NCBI GenBank assembly: GCA_905178155.1
Contig: CAJINV010000001.1
Span: 13,429,712-13,493,711, forward strand
Reading direction: 5' to 3'
From: Amoebophrya sp. A120
Taxonomy: Eukaryota > Protista > Dinoflagellata
DNA: 64,000 bases
Part shown: piece after piece, positions 13,004 to 28,166 of the stretch
Position numbering within the stretch: position 1 is the first letter of the stretch
Layout of the letters: each line of letters starts with the position of its first letter
The notes under the pieces: model-generated
Database searches by the model: none
What the model was told of the DNA's origin: nothing
Seen by the model: only the letters and a program-made list of their open reading frames with translations
Made by a program: the position numbers and the translations under genes

Positions 13004-14024
13004 CTCCGCCGTGTGATCGTGTTCACTTTCTAAATCTTTCTGAAGATAAACCGAAAACCCGAAAAAGCTTGCCACTAATGCTTGTTATTCATAATCTATT
13101 TATGGTATGATCGCACAAAAAATCACTGCTGCGCGTTGCGCGTGGAACAAACCAAAAGCAAAACCTCTGCGTCTGCCGACACCGACTGGTCTTCCGAAAA
13201 TAAGTAAAAGCTTTTGTCGTAGTCGGTCAAGACTTGATGACTTTCTATTTCAGGCATGCGCGCCACGAATGTTGTACGAGTAAAATGCGAAAATGATTCT
13301 TTTTATAGCAATCCTGTTGGCTACAAAGTATCAACCAGTCCGACCCTCCGATCGCTGCAAAACCCAAGGATCATCTTTTTCCAACAACCTTCGACAAGAT
13401 CTCGCTCGCTATCGCTATGGACCTCTTGGTCAATATGTCTTGGATCTTATCGTCCTGTTGGATCTTTCTTATCTGCGCCCTCAAAGACAAGCAACAAAGT
13501 TCGATACGCGACAGCTTAGCCGGCAGTTTGACTTTTCGCAAAAGCGGAATGTGATTAGTATCGAGAAACTGGATTGCGTGCCGGTTTTGAAACTCTTCTC
13601 TTTGTTCGTGTATCCTGCCGATGAAACGTTTTCCCGGTAGTGTTCTTGAGGACCAAAAATAATGTACACGCTGTTACTCAAAAGTTATGCCAGGCTTGGC
13701 TGAAACTGCATGACAATTAACAATCGGAGATTAATGATCTCGCAAAAAAAGTAGAATAGAACGCATATGTGGGTTTTCAGTACCCATGACAGTAAATTTC
13801 TAGATGAAAACTGGGTTGAAGAGATTCTACATCAGCGCAAGAGCAAGGGTTTCGATTTGCGTTTAGGTGGGGGCATCAGAAGGAAAACAAAAAGGGGGTA
13901 CCATATCATAAATAAGACAAAAGGAAGCGAATGTCAAATCGGTACGGAACTCAGTATAGCAACAGTTCTCCGCGCTATTCTCGGTGACAGAAAACGCGAA
14001 CTGCTATGTTTTCCCCGACTTGTT

Positions 14025-15402
14025 CTAGACCGGGCAGCTTCGCTCCCGAATGGGCTTCGCGCGGTTGTAGCCCCGCTTGTCGGAAATGAGCCGGTACGCG
14101 TGCTGGTCGAACTGCGGCTGCGCAGGGTTGTTTTTGCGCGGCGGTTTCACCTCCAGAAAGGGCACTCGGTGCTTCCATTCGGACTGGTGGATGCGGGGGT
14201 TCGGCACGGGGTAGTACCGCACCTCCTCGTCGCCAAACAACCCCTTCTCGCGAAAGACCGACCGGCCGTCAGGCCAGAGGCACTCCTTGCGCCGTTCGCC
14301 CCGAAACCACTCCACGCGCTTCATGTGCTGGTTCTTCGCTCCCGCGGCGTCCTTCCACCAGAATTCGCCCCGCATCTGCAAGTGCAACTGCTGCCCCGGG
14401 CTCGGCGGCATGTCGTGGGGATGCATCGTGGGCTGGTACACATCCACGCGGGCCAACTCCTTCACGGTAGGAGCGTCCCGCAACCCCGCCAAAGACTCGT
14501 GCGTGCTGCGCTTCACCTGTCAGGCAAGAGGATTATCATCAGATTAGGATTGCAACCTCAATTAAACAAGAGAAACTTGCTCATGCAACAACGAACTGAA
14601 AAAACTACTTAACCTCGCGGACTCAAAATGACTGCAGTTACAACTGCTGCCGCCTTTTCACAAAGGTACTACCAGTGCGCATTTATTTTCATCTTGTACT
14701 ATGTTTATGATATCGACATGAACAAGCAGAAAAACTTCCGAATTCGGTTGTACCGTGTGCAACTTGAGAGGGGTAATTCCAGCGTTTCCGTATTCAAATT
14801 GCGGTGCGATCGTGTCTTTCAACAATGTCGGTCGCAGCATTTCGGGGTCTACCGGCGGCTGCGAAACACTCGAAGGGGATGTTGAGCGGTGACCTGATAT
14901 TTTTCAAATTTTGGCATTCAGAATTCAATCATTGCAGTCCGGCGCTTGAGTTAGCCGGACCAGAAAAGATGCGCCTGTCCATGCAAACGACGGACCAAAG
15001 ACCATCTGTGTCAGTCAAGACAGAGCAGCAAAACTCAACCCTATGATCTTTAGTTGGTAGACAAACTTCTTACAATTCGTGAAAAGCAAGTATACGCTCA
15101 GCCCGCTGCTCCCAGGAGGTGTGGGGTTCTACCAGCAGGGTGCTTTGCACTGCGAGCTGATCGTTCATGAATTTGTGCTCGGAAACGTAGGAATTCGGAC
15201 GTTGGTCATCGAAGCGCTTCAAGCCCACTTGCTTATGCGGCTCGGTCACAGCTCCCTCTATGTACGCTCGCTCCGGGAGTTTCCGCACGCTATTGGGCCC
15301 GTGAGTCTGCAGCCTCTCCGCATTCCAGGTGGGTCGTGCGGAAGCCTTTTCTTTTCGCTCCGTATGAGCGTCAATGCGTGGGGGTACACGCGGTGGAGGC
15401 AT
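14025..15402 (-). CDS. Hypothetical protein, ~312 aa; exons 15402-15096, 14893-14754, 14516-14025
   Basis: Two GTAY..AG introns join ORFs 15070-15402, 14658-14840 and 14025-14516 into a 939-nt open frame. Confidence 0.65.
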
Positions 15403-16360
15403 TTTCTAAGTGAGTACTCAACACAGGAATGGAAAAAAGTGAATTAGAAATTTTCAATCCAACTCCAAGCTAATGAGACTATAAAAGAGTGTGCAATGAA
15501 AATAATGCAAAAACACAAAGCGAAAACCTGGGCTTTGCTCTTCCGGTCAGGGGTCACGATCAATCTCTAAAAACATCACTGTGAAAAAAAAAAACAACAA
15601 ACTCGAGCTTTGAATTTCTTCAGTACGAGAGACAAACGACGTCAACCCCGACAAATGGATATGCCCTGGCTTGGCAGAAGATGCACGAAAAGAACAACCG
15701 AAGTCGGAAGTGCACGCAACGCAGCCAGTGAACAGCGAAAAAAAATTTTGCACGACGAAAAAACCTTCTGCGAGAGAGAAACAATTCAAAATAAGCCAAG
15801 AGGACGATTGATGTGAACGAAAAAACAACGCGTGACGATGCTTTCTTTGAAACTACACGATAATCAAGTTCAGGTCTACAAAGGACACGACGATTGCTCA
15901 ATGTCAATACCTACAGAAGCGACAGAGCCCTTGTGCTGCCCGATGCAAAAGACGATAATGCGCGTCGCATTGTGATTGTGAACATCAACTCGCGGGCCCA
16001 TTGCTACTTACCTTGCTTTCACTTATTTTCTGAACGGAGCAAATCATTTTAGAGGGGCATTCGGAATTATCGGAATTGTTCTTCGTGCTCGCGATGAAAG
16101 TGATCTTTGCGCTTCTAAAAGTAAAATTGCTTCTTGTTGTCCTTATTTCTATATTTCATGACCTCACGACTACCTATCATCCATTATGGAAGAGGAGCAA
16201 TTGATGCTAGTAATATCGCTATAAACTTCGCGCATTGCGCGCGTTTCAGTTCAAAAAAAAACCTTTGCGGCTGGAATGTTTCTGGATGTAGTCAAGGAAC
16301 CCATCCCAATTCCTAAATAAACCCAAACCAACCCAATAAGCGCCTCTGTCCATCAACCTC

Positions 16361-16424
16361 GAGAACCTTTCGACAGATCCCGCATTCGTCGAGGTTTCGT
16401 CGCTGGGCCGACAAATCGAGACTC
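16361..16424 (-). repeat. Diverged copy of the 3' end of the neighbouring basic-protein gene
   Basis: Encodes ESRFVGPATKPRRMRDLSKGS versus EFRFVGPTSKLPKTRDMSKGF at 16829-16892. Confidence 0.65.
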
Positions 16425-16817
16425 AGGAGGCTGAGAGGCGCAAAGTCCACTAACGTCGTGCACGCTTTTCAAGAATATCTCATCACTTTCGCAGACTTAG
16501 TGGACGTATCGCTGACCGAGAGTCTAATAGTTGTACTTAGTTCTAAGTACGGCGGCATAATAAAGAAACATCCTTTAGTAGAGCTAAATTCAGCACTCTA
16601 TTTTCCTAAAAAACATTTCGGCGCGTTCTTTGCCGTCGAACTCGACACTTGTTCTTGTCTCTTGTTGAAAAACTGCGTAAATACCGCAGCACCTCCCTGC
16701 GACTTGTAGAAATTTCGGACAGTTAACGTTGTGCATACAGCAGCGTGAATCTGAAGTGCGAGGGCTTCCTGGAGAAGTAGTGTCAGAAAATGAAACTACA
16801 GCTACTATCTGAAGATT

Positions 16818-17428
16818 TCAGGGGCGTCGGAACCCCTTCGACATGTCCCGCGTCTTCGGGAGTTTGCTTGTTGGTCCAACGAATCGGAACTCACGTGGAT
16901 CCATGGTGGGCTGGTGCGCTGGTCGGACATGCGGCACAGACCCAGCTGCAACCTCCGCCTTCCTGCGGGTGGAAGAACTCGGCACGAACAGCTCCGACTT
17001 CTTGGTAGCCATTGCTGCGCGCCGGGGCTTCAACAGCTTCTTCGCCACTTTGCGAAAGTTGAACAACGTCTTTCCCTGTGCCAGGACTTTCTTCCGGAGC
17101 GGATCCGTCGTGGTCTTCTTGAGATTGCGTTGGAATCGTATCGGGGCAGCCGGGTGGTCGACGCGCGCGAGTTTCGCTTTGCGCCAGGCCGACATAAGCT
17201 GATATTCGCAAAAAGAGAACTCAAATACACTTTCCAAAATGCTGCTGCATATGTGCAGCAATGTGGGCCTCGACCTTTGCATCATGCTCCCGCAATTGCA
17301 GATGTTGCAGTACGTGTGAAAAATATCCCAAGAGAAACAATGCGTACCTGAATTAGGCCGGATTTACGCGCTCTGCTCAAACATCGGCGTTGCTTTGTCC
17401 AGCTTTTCTTGGGTTGCTTAGCCTTCAT
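16818..17428 (-). CDS. Small, very basic Lys/Arg-rich hypothetical protein; exons 17428-17348, 17198-16818; start uncertain
   Basis: Phase-0 intron 17199-17347 (gtacgc..cag) joins ORFs 17282-17671 and 16818-17285. Confidence 0.45.
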
Positions 17429-18393
17429 GTTCACTTTGTACCTTTGCAGTATGGTCTTGTTCGAACGCGCAAAATTTCCTCGTATAGCGCCTCTTTCAGC
17501 CTTCTTTTTCAATTTGGCCGACAGCTGGGAAACCCCGAGCACGCCGGTGTTGGATTTGTTAGTTGCCTGCCTTGGAATCCCCGGCTGGATCGCCCCCGCA
17601 ACGTTGAGGGACAACCGCCGAAAAACTGTGGTGTACAAATTTGTCCGAAAATGTAGTTGAACACAATGCAATAGTGCTGTTCTACACGTTTATAGCAGCA
17701 GCAATGCAATAGTCCCGCCGTTTACTTCTGTAGCTTCGGCATGACCTCTTACCTTTCATTGGCTTTCAATTTCATTCGCGTCCGCATGACAGCACCACAC
17801 TTTATTCGATGAGCAAGAGCATCAATTAGTCACATGCATGACAATGACAGGCTCTTTCTCCAGCACATGATCATCGGACAACCACTGTAGAACAAATACG
17901 CTTTGCGTCCTCCAAAGCAGCTGCTTTTGCGTCGCGCCGGGTCGGTGCTGGAAGTCCCTTTGCCGAAGCTTCAGCGCGAAGCTTCCGGAACTTTGGCGCG
18001 ACGAAAAAAAACCTTTTGTTTTCATTTCCTCTAGCTCTATCTTGCTTCATGAGCATGTATTCTTGGGAAAAAGGGCTAAACATTCATCAAGCGCACACTT
18101 CGATCATGTCCCGGCACCCGAGAAAGTGCATGCAGATATGCGACGTGATGATTTAAATCTTCTCGGCGTTCAGCCTTAGATTGTCCTTATATCGACCCCT
18201 GTTCTTTTTCTCCCCTGTAATCTCATTAGTTGCTGGATGGGAATTTGTTCATTCTCAAAAGACGCTGCGGAAGAAGTGCTATCCTCTCCGTTTTGTTTTG
18301 CTGTTCCGGTTGCTGCTCCTTTTGTGATCTGTCGCCAAAGATTTCGGCCGAGGCAGTCAGCAACAGTCGCGCGCTTTTTTGCCATGTCGACTT

Positions 18394-18792
18394 TTACTTC
18401 TGCTTGCCATGTCCACTTTTGCTTCTGCAGATATGCGACGTAAATCAGACTATAATTTTTCTTTTTGTTTTTCCTATTCATATTTCATACCGCTTCATCC
18501 TCCGCGTTGTCTTCTTTCCCACTTCCCTGTGCTTGAACTGCACACGCCAGCAATCGTATTCCGTCGGATCTTTTGGTGGTACTGGGACTTTGCGCGAGCC
18601 AAATATCTTCTTCTTCAAAACGTAGACATTATCTTGGTCCTCGTAGCTTACCAACCCTCCTTGTGCGTGTTCATCGTGAAGCTTATCCCCCGAGCTCGCC
18701 TTCTCCAGCAAGAACAACTTCATGTACTTCCAGCCGGGAACGTAAGTGATTCCCTGATCGATGCAGTGTAATATTGGTTTCATTTTTGCCAT
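18394..18792 (-). CDS. Small hypothetical protein (MAKMKPILHC...), possible 66-nt intron 18425-18490
   Basis: Protein-like ORF 18478-18894 plus a GT..AG intron; no family recognised. Confidence 0.3.
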
Positions 18793-19576
18793 GCGAAATT
18801 TGGCAGAGAATAAGAACTTCAAAAAGGCAATAAATGTGGAAACAATCAAAGAGCGAAGTAGCTGATCAAACCTAGTGAAGTAAGCATGACTCAAACTCCT
18901 TCAACACATCTACCTCTACGGCAAAAGCAAAACGCCCAAAATACCGGCATATCCGGACGGATGTGTGTGCCGCGACTGCGAAGGTTCGAAGTAGCATGGG
19001 GCAGGGGTCGGGGCATTGGCATGCTCGGCGACCACGCGACATCGCTTTTCGAGGATGGAGACGAGTCATTACCACTGTCCGCACTGGAGGTCGGTGGAGA
19101 ATCTGGTGATTCGAAAAATTCATGGACATTGTCCAATCTAGTAAATTACGTCCTGTTGTCAGACATGTCAACACAAAGAAATTTGGCAAAGACATGCTCA
19201 GCGATTCCCTGGATGGAAGAGCACCTCATTTACCGGATGAGCACTCCCTGCTCCGAGCGTACCGTTTTCCCAAGTCCTTCTCGAACGCTCTCCGTAGAGC
19301 GCCAAGAGTTGGCGGGAAGGTCGCTCCAGCTCCGCAACCAATAGTATGGAAGTTGAAAAATATCCTACCGCACTCGGCATCGCGTCGCAAATTGTCAACA
19401 AGTGCCTATATTTAATCTGTCTTCGCGGCACTAGGCATTACAACAGCAGCTCACGCAGAAATGAGAATGCCACGATCCTTCCAAGTGCATCTTGTTCTAT
19501 CCACATGATGTGCACTGACAATACGGGCAGTTCTCTCGCGGAACGGTTGTTGACACTGGCAACGGCAAAACGCGGA

Positions 19577-20516
19577 TCATTTTCGGTCTGGATAAGGCAA
19601 GAAGGCTGGTTCGAGCTTGAAAGGCACTGGAAACCCTTTGCTACTTGTTGTCGAGCAGTCATTAGTGTTGCTGGAGTCGGCCAGTAAAAGCACACCGCTT
19701 TGCCGTTCACCAACCAGGTGCTGCTCGTACTCCAATCTCGCCAAATACTGCTGATAAACTGATAGTTTGTTAGAGTAGATTTGTAGATTTGTAGACAGGT
19801 TTCGCCCGATCATCGGTTCCGCACTTCTGATGCTGCAGCACTGCTTCTCCCGTTCACCCCCTACGCCGCCGCTCTGAAGCTGCATTCTCCTGTACTCGGC
19901 GTCCAGAAAGTTCTCAGCAGCCTCCACCTCTTCCACATCCAAGAAACTGTGGCAGTGCATACCCTGGGGCACCTTTCCGGAATTTCCGAAGCAGGCACGG
20001 TGCAGATAGCCATGCGCCTCAGTTTTCGCACTCCTGCTCCGAAAGAATGCGCAGCAGAGGCAGCAGGAAGCGCCTGTTGTTACTGCCGGCTTAGCGCGAT
20101 GAAAACGCTTCTGGTACGCGTCTTCGAAAAATCTGCGGCAGCAGGCACCTGGTGATAATCAGATAAGCACTTCCGTCCAAATTTGTGAACGACGCGCAAG
20201 CCCTTCTCCTATTGCTATTACCATTATCAAATCACAAGCACCAAAAAAACCAAATAAAACACACGTAAGTACCTTGTTTCTGCAGAAACGCGGACAACAG
20301 TCCCATCGGCATGCCGAGCTCTTGATCCGCAGTCGCCAGGGGAATTTCCTCCTCTCCTTGCTGTCCCGGAGTGATGCCATTCGCGTTGGCCTGATCAAAA
20401 AGGCGAAACGTTGAAATCTCGAGACAAGTGGGAAACGAAACGTCCACGACACACGGGTAGCTGTCGGCAACTACGGTGTCATCCTCATTGAACTTGATCG
20501 TCCAAGTCCATGCCAT
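19577..20516 (-). CDS. Hypothetical protein; exons 20516-20273, 20148-19577; 3' end may be interrupted by a degenerate element
   Basis: Phase-1 intron 20149-20272 (gtactt..cag) gives an 816-nt open frame. Confidence 0.4.
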
Positions 20517-20632
20517 GGTAACAAGATCAGCCGGCGACACAGACCCGGCCCGCGCGTTACAGCTGCCCTCTAGATTATCCAGAAGACAAACCAAAATATT
20601 CAAAAACGATAATGATAGATACACATACAGCT

Positions 20633-22726
20633 TTAGAAGCTTGCATGACCTTCTTTCGGTCGCCTCCCCTGAATACACAATTGCTGTGCGCGGGGGCGCG
20701 CAACTCTTGGCGACGGTGCTGACATTTTTTGTGATTGTCTGCATGCTTGTTCTGGTGATCTTTCAACTTCTTGAACAAAAGGTCGGTCCTGTCTCTTTGG
20801 ATACAGCGTTTTCGTGCCGAGTGGCCCACAAATTCCCCACTGAACCAGGTCCACTCCGGCTACGTCGTCTCGTCCGGTTTTCGTTGCACCCAGCGTGAAA
20901 ACCGGCTTGCCAGTGGCAAGATCCGATTCGTACATCGGGTAGATTTCGCCTCCGACCTGCGTCACGGTATGCGTCAAGGAATACCATCCGCTAACGTCCG
21001 GATAGCTTTCGCTTTGCAGCAACACCTTAGCCGGTGGGTGTTTAGTGTCTTGGATGCACGAGGTGAGCCGCTGTTCGGCTTGTTTTTCCTGGGCCTTATC
21101 TGCTACCGCGAAAGAGTTGCGAGCTCTTGGCTCAGCCATGTTGCTCAGCTGACGGCAAGCCATGATCTTTCTCCCTTGTATTACCTTCGCTGGAAGAAAA
21201 GTTGAAGCGTCACGATCGCTGTTGGCATCTTCGCGCTCGGTTTCCGGTGTACGTTCACGCTTACCTGCGGTCGCGCAGGAGGGAAGCGACGAGCCTGATT
21301 GTTCTTTTTTGCTTTTCTCGTCACCACGCAAATGCCCGCCTCCGTTTTGTTGTGTTTCACATGTCGCTTTGTTTGCAGACCTACTGACGAGAACGGGTGC
21401 TGCACTCTCCTCCTTCACTCGTCGCAGTGGACGACCAAGAAAGCCGATACTTTCTGCCTGCGTGTTAGTTGAGGCGGCTGGTAAATGACTCAAAAGAGCA
21501 GGCGATTGCTGCTCCTTTTTGATGCGCACTGTTCCTGCCTTCTCGGAAGTGTTGTGGAAGATGAGATTTTCGTTGACGCAAAAGCGTGGTGATTCCGGCG
21601 GTGTTGGTGAAGTGAGTTCTTGCTTAATGCGCATAGGACCGCATCTGCTCGTGTACTCAGGCTCGCAAATGACGCGGCTGCGGTGGCGACCAGCGGCCCC
21701 CGGTAAAGTGGGCTCGTACTTGATTCGTCTCGTGTGAGCGCAGTTCTCGCGCTCTCTGGCCGAACTCGTTGCGATCAGTTCTGGTTCCCGCTTGATGGAT
21801 CTTCCACGCGTCACGTATTCAGGGGGAGACGCTTCTGCCTTGATTTGTACGTCGGGAGAACCAGGAGAGTCAGCTTTGAACACACGAGCTGCGCCAACGA
21901 CGGGTGACTCTGACGAAGTTTCCTCTTGCTTGATGCCGGTTTTTCCGCTTCTATCAAAATCCGGACCAGAAGACGCTGCTGAATGATGCTGGCTGGACGC
22001 GGCCTGGCTGGACAGGAGCGCCGATGCGTCGTCACCGCGTTGGCGCTCCTGTTCGCTCTTGATCTTTGAACGGTCGTCTACTACTCGCGTCGAATCCGGC
22101 TCTTGTTGCTGCTTTACTTGTACAACTCCTGCCCCTGCTGCTGGTGTCGATTCGGCAGCGGAGGCAACTTGTGCATTGTTGTGATGGTTGCTTCTGGTAC
22201 TTCCAGTCCTGCCGCCGATTTCCGAATCCAGACGTTGCTCCAGCATCGTCACACGGGCTGCGCGTTGCTTCTCCAACCGCTCTGCTACTTTTTCGCCCAG
22301 CAGACGCATTGCATGATCGTTCTTCGGCAGTGTCCTTGCCCTAGCGATTGTCCACTGATTTGCATTCGCGTTATCCGCAGCAGCGCCACTCTTCCTGACG
22401 CTGCCCCGCTCTGCATCCCGAATTCGTCGCAACAACCACACCAGGACGGCCCGCTCTTTGAAATAGGTAAAAATCTCGTTGAACAAAATATCGGCGCGCG
22501 ATAGTTCGCTCTCCTCTGAATTCGTACGGGCAGCCGTAGCAAGTAGGTCTCGTTCTCGATCAAAGTAGTTGCGTATCTCGGAAAAACTTCTGCACAACCA
22601 TGGCGATTCTGGCTGGTTGTGTGCTGTTTTATGAAAAGGAACAACATTCGTACGTATCGGTATCGTAGGTCGAAATGTTTTTCGCGGTCGTAGATGGGGT
22701 CCGAGAAATTCATACAGATACATCAT
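20633..22726 (-). CDS. Hypothetical protein, probably nuclear, with an array of psi-K-x-E SUMO-consensus motifs
   Basis: 697-aa ORF containing IKSE, IKQE (x2), IKAE, IKRE, IKYE, IKKE and VKEE. Confidence 0.6.
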   Translation of the reverse strand: MMYLYEFLGPHLRPRKTFRPTIPIRTNVVPFHKTAHNQPESPWLCRSFSEIRNYFDRERDLLATAARTNSEESELSRADILFNEIFTYFKERAVLVWLLRRIRDAERGSVRKSGAAADNANANQWTIARARTLPKNDHAMRLLGEKVAERLEKQRAARVTMLEQRLDSEIGGRTGSTRSNHHNNAQVASAAESTPAAGAGVVQVKQQQEPDSTRVVDDRSKIKSEQERQRGDDASALLSSQAASSQHHSAASSGPDFDRSGKTGIKQEETSSESPVVGAARVFKADSPGSPDVQIKAEASPPEYVTRGRSIKREPELIATSSARERENCAHTRRIKYEPTLPGAAGRHRSRVICEPEYTSRCGPMRIKQELTSPTPPESPRFCVNENLIFHNTSEKAGTVRIKKEQQSPALLSHLPAASTNTQAESIGFLGRPLRRVKEESAAPVLVSRSANKATCETQQNGGGHLRGDEKSKKEQSGSSLPSCATAGKRERTPETEREDANSDRDASTFLPAKVIQGRKIMACRQLSNMAEPRARNSFAVADKAQEKQAEQRLTSCIQDTKHPPAKVLLQSESYPDVSGWYSLTHTVTQVGGEIYPMYESDLATGKPVFTLGATKTGRDDVAGVDLVQWGICGPLGTKTLYPKRQDRPFVQEVERSPEQACRQSQKMSAPSPRVARPRAQQLCIQGRRPKEGHASF

Positions 22727-23141
22727 TGAATATTCGGGTGTGCCGCGCTTTATTCTCCTACAACAGCATGATCAACGATCAAAAAAAGTCCTCTCAAAAA
22801 GCAAGACACACGAAAGTGATACCCGATGGATTGCAGACGTTCGCGAATGTCTGTGTCGCACTGTGACTGCCTCTGTACCATTTCAACGTTTTCAGCAACC
22901 CCTTGTGGGACCTGTGCGGCTTGTGAAGTTTCGCGACGAATTCAGGAGGCAAGAGGTGGGTTTCTAGATCGATGTCTTGACTCACTCATCCCTGTGCAGT
23001 TGTTTTCTTTCCGTGGTCGGCTTGTTCTTTTATACCTATGTATAGGCGCCATGCCCGCACTAGAGCGCTGCCATGCATACAAGTCAATACAAACGGAAAT
23101 GGTATCCAAAACCAAATCCGATCTCGGAAGAGCAAATGAAA

Positions 23142-24083
23142 CTAGGTACTAGACATAATGCATGCCAGATTCACATTCCTCTCGGTTGAGTATAGTGGCA
23201 GCAGGTGTGGCGAGGAAAGAAAATTTTTGACACGCCATACTATTTCGATGAGCTCGATGCAGTGAACGTCATCCGGGATGTCGTTGCCCGTGGGTGTTGG
23301 CACGTTCGCCGGCAGCACAAGACCTTCCGCCGAGGGAGCCGCGTGTGGTATCGTTTTTGCTGCAAGTTGGGCGCAAGCAGCAGATGACTTCAACCCGTCC
23401 TCGATCGCCCACAGCGGTGGCTTTTCGCCGCTTGGTGTTTTTGCCGAGAAGGCCGAAGAAGAAAATGTCGACGAGTCGGCTCCGTCTTCACGGGTGTGGG
23501 AATGGGCAGGGACTTGCAGGGGTCGCCTACTCGTCGACGATGAGGAAAAGGAAGATGCAGACGACGACGATGATGATGCGGAAGCCCTGCAATTCTGCAA
23601 CTGCAGCTGGTGCTGATACTTTTCTGCCTTCGCAGCTAGTTCTCTCCGCTCCCGAGTGTTTTCGGCATGGAGGTGGTTCCGAAGTAGGTTTCCTCTTTCC
23701 GCAACTTTTGGCACAGCGAGCGGCGCTGTGTGGCGCGAATCAGTGGCAACGAGGCCTCCACATGTTCCAGTCCCCCTCCTTTCCTCAATCTGCAGCGTTT
23801 TCGGCGGCATCCTATACCGCACCCTCTTCTTGTTTCCGTCCTTAGTAACCCTACGCTGTCGAGAGTAGCCATACCAAGGGTGTCTGGTATCCTTCAAAGC
23901 ACCGACGGCAACCCATTTGCTAGGGGAAAGAAGGCGCGCGGTGTTGTCTGATGGCCGAGGCGGCCCCGGGGGGCCGTCGTTATTCGTCTCCGCCATCACT
24001 TTTTCCTCCCAGAACGGACTATTTTTCGCAGAAAAGGTAGGCGAAGGCGCGGCGCTCTTTGGCGCCGCGCCTTGCTTGCTCAT
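23142..24083 (-). CDS. Hypothetical Ser-rich protein; 3' end uncertain
   Basis: 313-aa ATG-initiated ORF with a cag 4 nt upstream of the ATG; co-oriented with its neighbours. Confidence 0.5.
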   Translation of the reverse strand: MSKQGAAPKSAAPSPTFSAKNSPFWEEKVMAETNNDGPPGPPRPSDNTARLLSPSKWVAVGALKDTRHPWYGYSRQRRVTKDGNKKRVRYRMPPKTLQIEERRGTGTCGGLVATDSRHTAPLAVPKVAERGNLLRNHLHAENTRERRELAAKAEKYQHQLQLQNCRASASSSSSSASSFSSSSTSRRPLQVPAHSHTREDGADSSTFSSSAFSAKTPSGEKPPLWAIEDGLKSSAACAQLAAKTIPHAAPSAEGLVLPANVPTPTGNDIPDDVHCIELIEIVWRVKNFLSSPHLLPLYSTERNVNLACIMSST

Positions 24084-24987
24084 TCCGCTGTCTGAGAGAG
24101 CCCTGGTCTGAGAACAGAAATTTCGGATGCCAACACTATGACTAATGACGGATCAAGACCTCGCAAACCTATCGCCTCTACTTGACGCTTGAAAATATTT
24201 TGACATTAGGGTAGACGTTGAGGCGTGCTGTCTCAACGCTGAGACAAATTGGCGCAGTTCAGACTCCGGCTTGTCAACCAAATGCTTTCATCTTGTTGTT
24301 GTTCACGACCACGACCCTCGTGCATTTAGCCCTCTTTACAGATGACAAAACAAGGCCCGGTAGAGCACTTTCTGCCTAGAAACAACATTAATGCGTCAGC
24401 ACGGTCTCCTCCTCAACAAAAGAAATTACCAGGTCTGATTTGTGCATACTCTCAAGGACAGGTAGAAAGACTCTCAGGTCCCAACGGGAAATGAAAATGC
24501 GGAGTGACACGTTTACATTCTACTGAGTCGGAACAGCCCAGTACAAAATCACGTCACTTGATTTGAATTCGTGCCTTTACCTATCTCCTCTATCTTACTT
24601 GCTGGGCCGGAGTTGTGTGGATGACTAGAGGAGCACCACGATCGGTGTCGCCATTCTTAAACCCTCGCACCTCAGCCGCAACCGAGCCTTCATTCCATGC
24701 TCTGATACAAACGTAGAAAACGTCGAGACGCAGACCCCCGTTTACCAGGGGGTCAATAAGCATCCTGTATTCTGTCTAGATAAAATGATGTGCGAAAAGC
24801 TGCAGTGGTGATGGTACGACTTTATTTTGCATCTGCCTGAATAAAAATATGTGCGCTTGACTAGCTGTACTCTTATAAAAAATTTTGATTCAAAAAGCTG
24901 CGACTCCTACTCTTACTCGCGTGTAATAGCTGGCTCTTCTGCGACCGGGGATCTAAGAGTCAGAAGATGAAGATGATGCCTTTCGGT

Positions 24988-28166
<3,179 letters not shown>

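Noticed and set aside
16599-18482. Isolated TAT-N7-AAAAA half-sites (242, 16599, 18058, 18482, 60240)
   Set aside because: No partner end with a matching inverted repeat and 5-bp duplication.
17282-18894. 4-bp start/stop overlaps between consecutive ORFs, suggesting a bacterial-type operon
   Set aside because: Two of the overlaps fall in predicted GT..AG introns; there are no RBS signals or prokaryotic genes.
22940-22990. In-frame TGA hinting at stop-codon reassignment, as known in one Amoebophrya strain
   Set aside because: The conserved genes (kinesins, NCKX, WDR6-like) have no internal stops and use TGG for Trp; the standard code fits.
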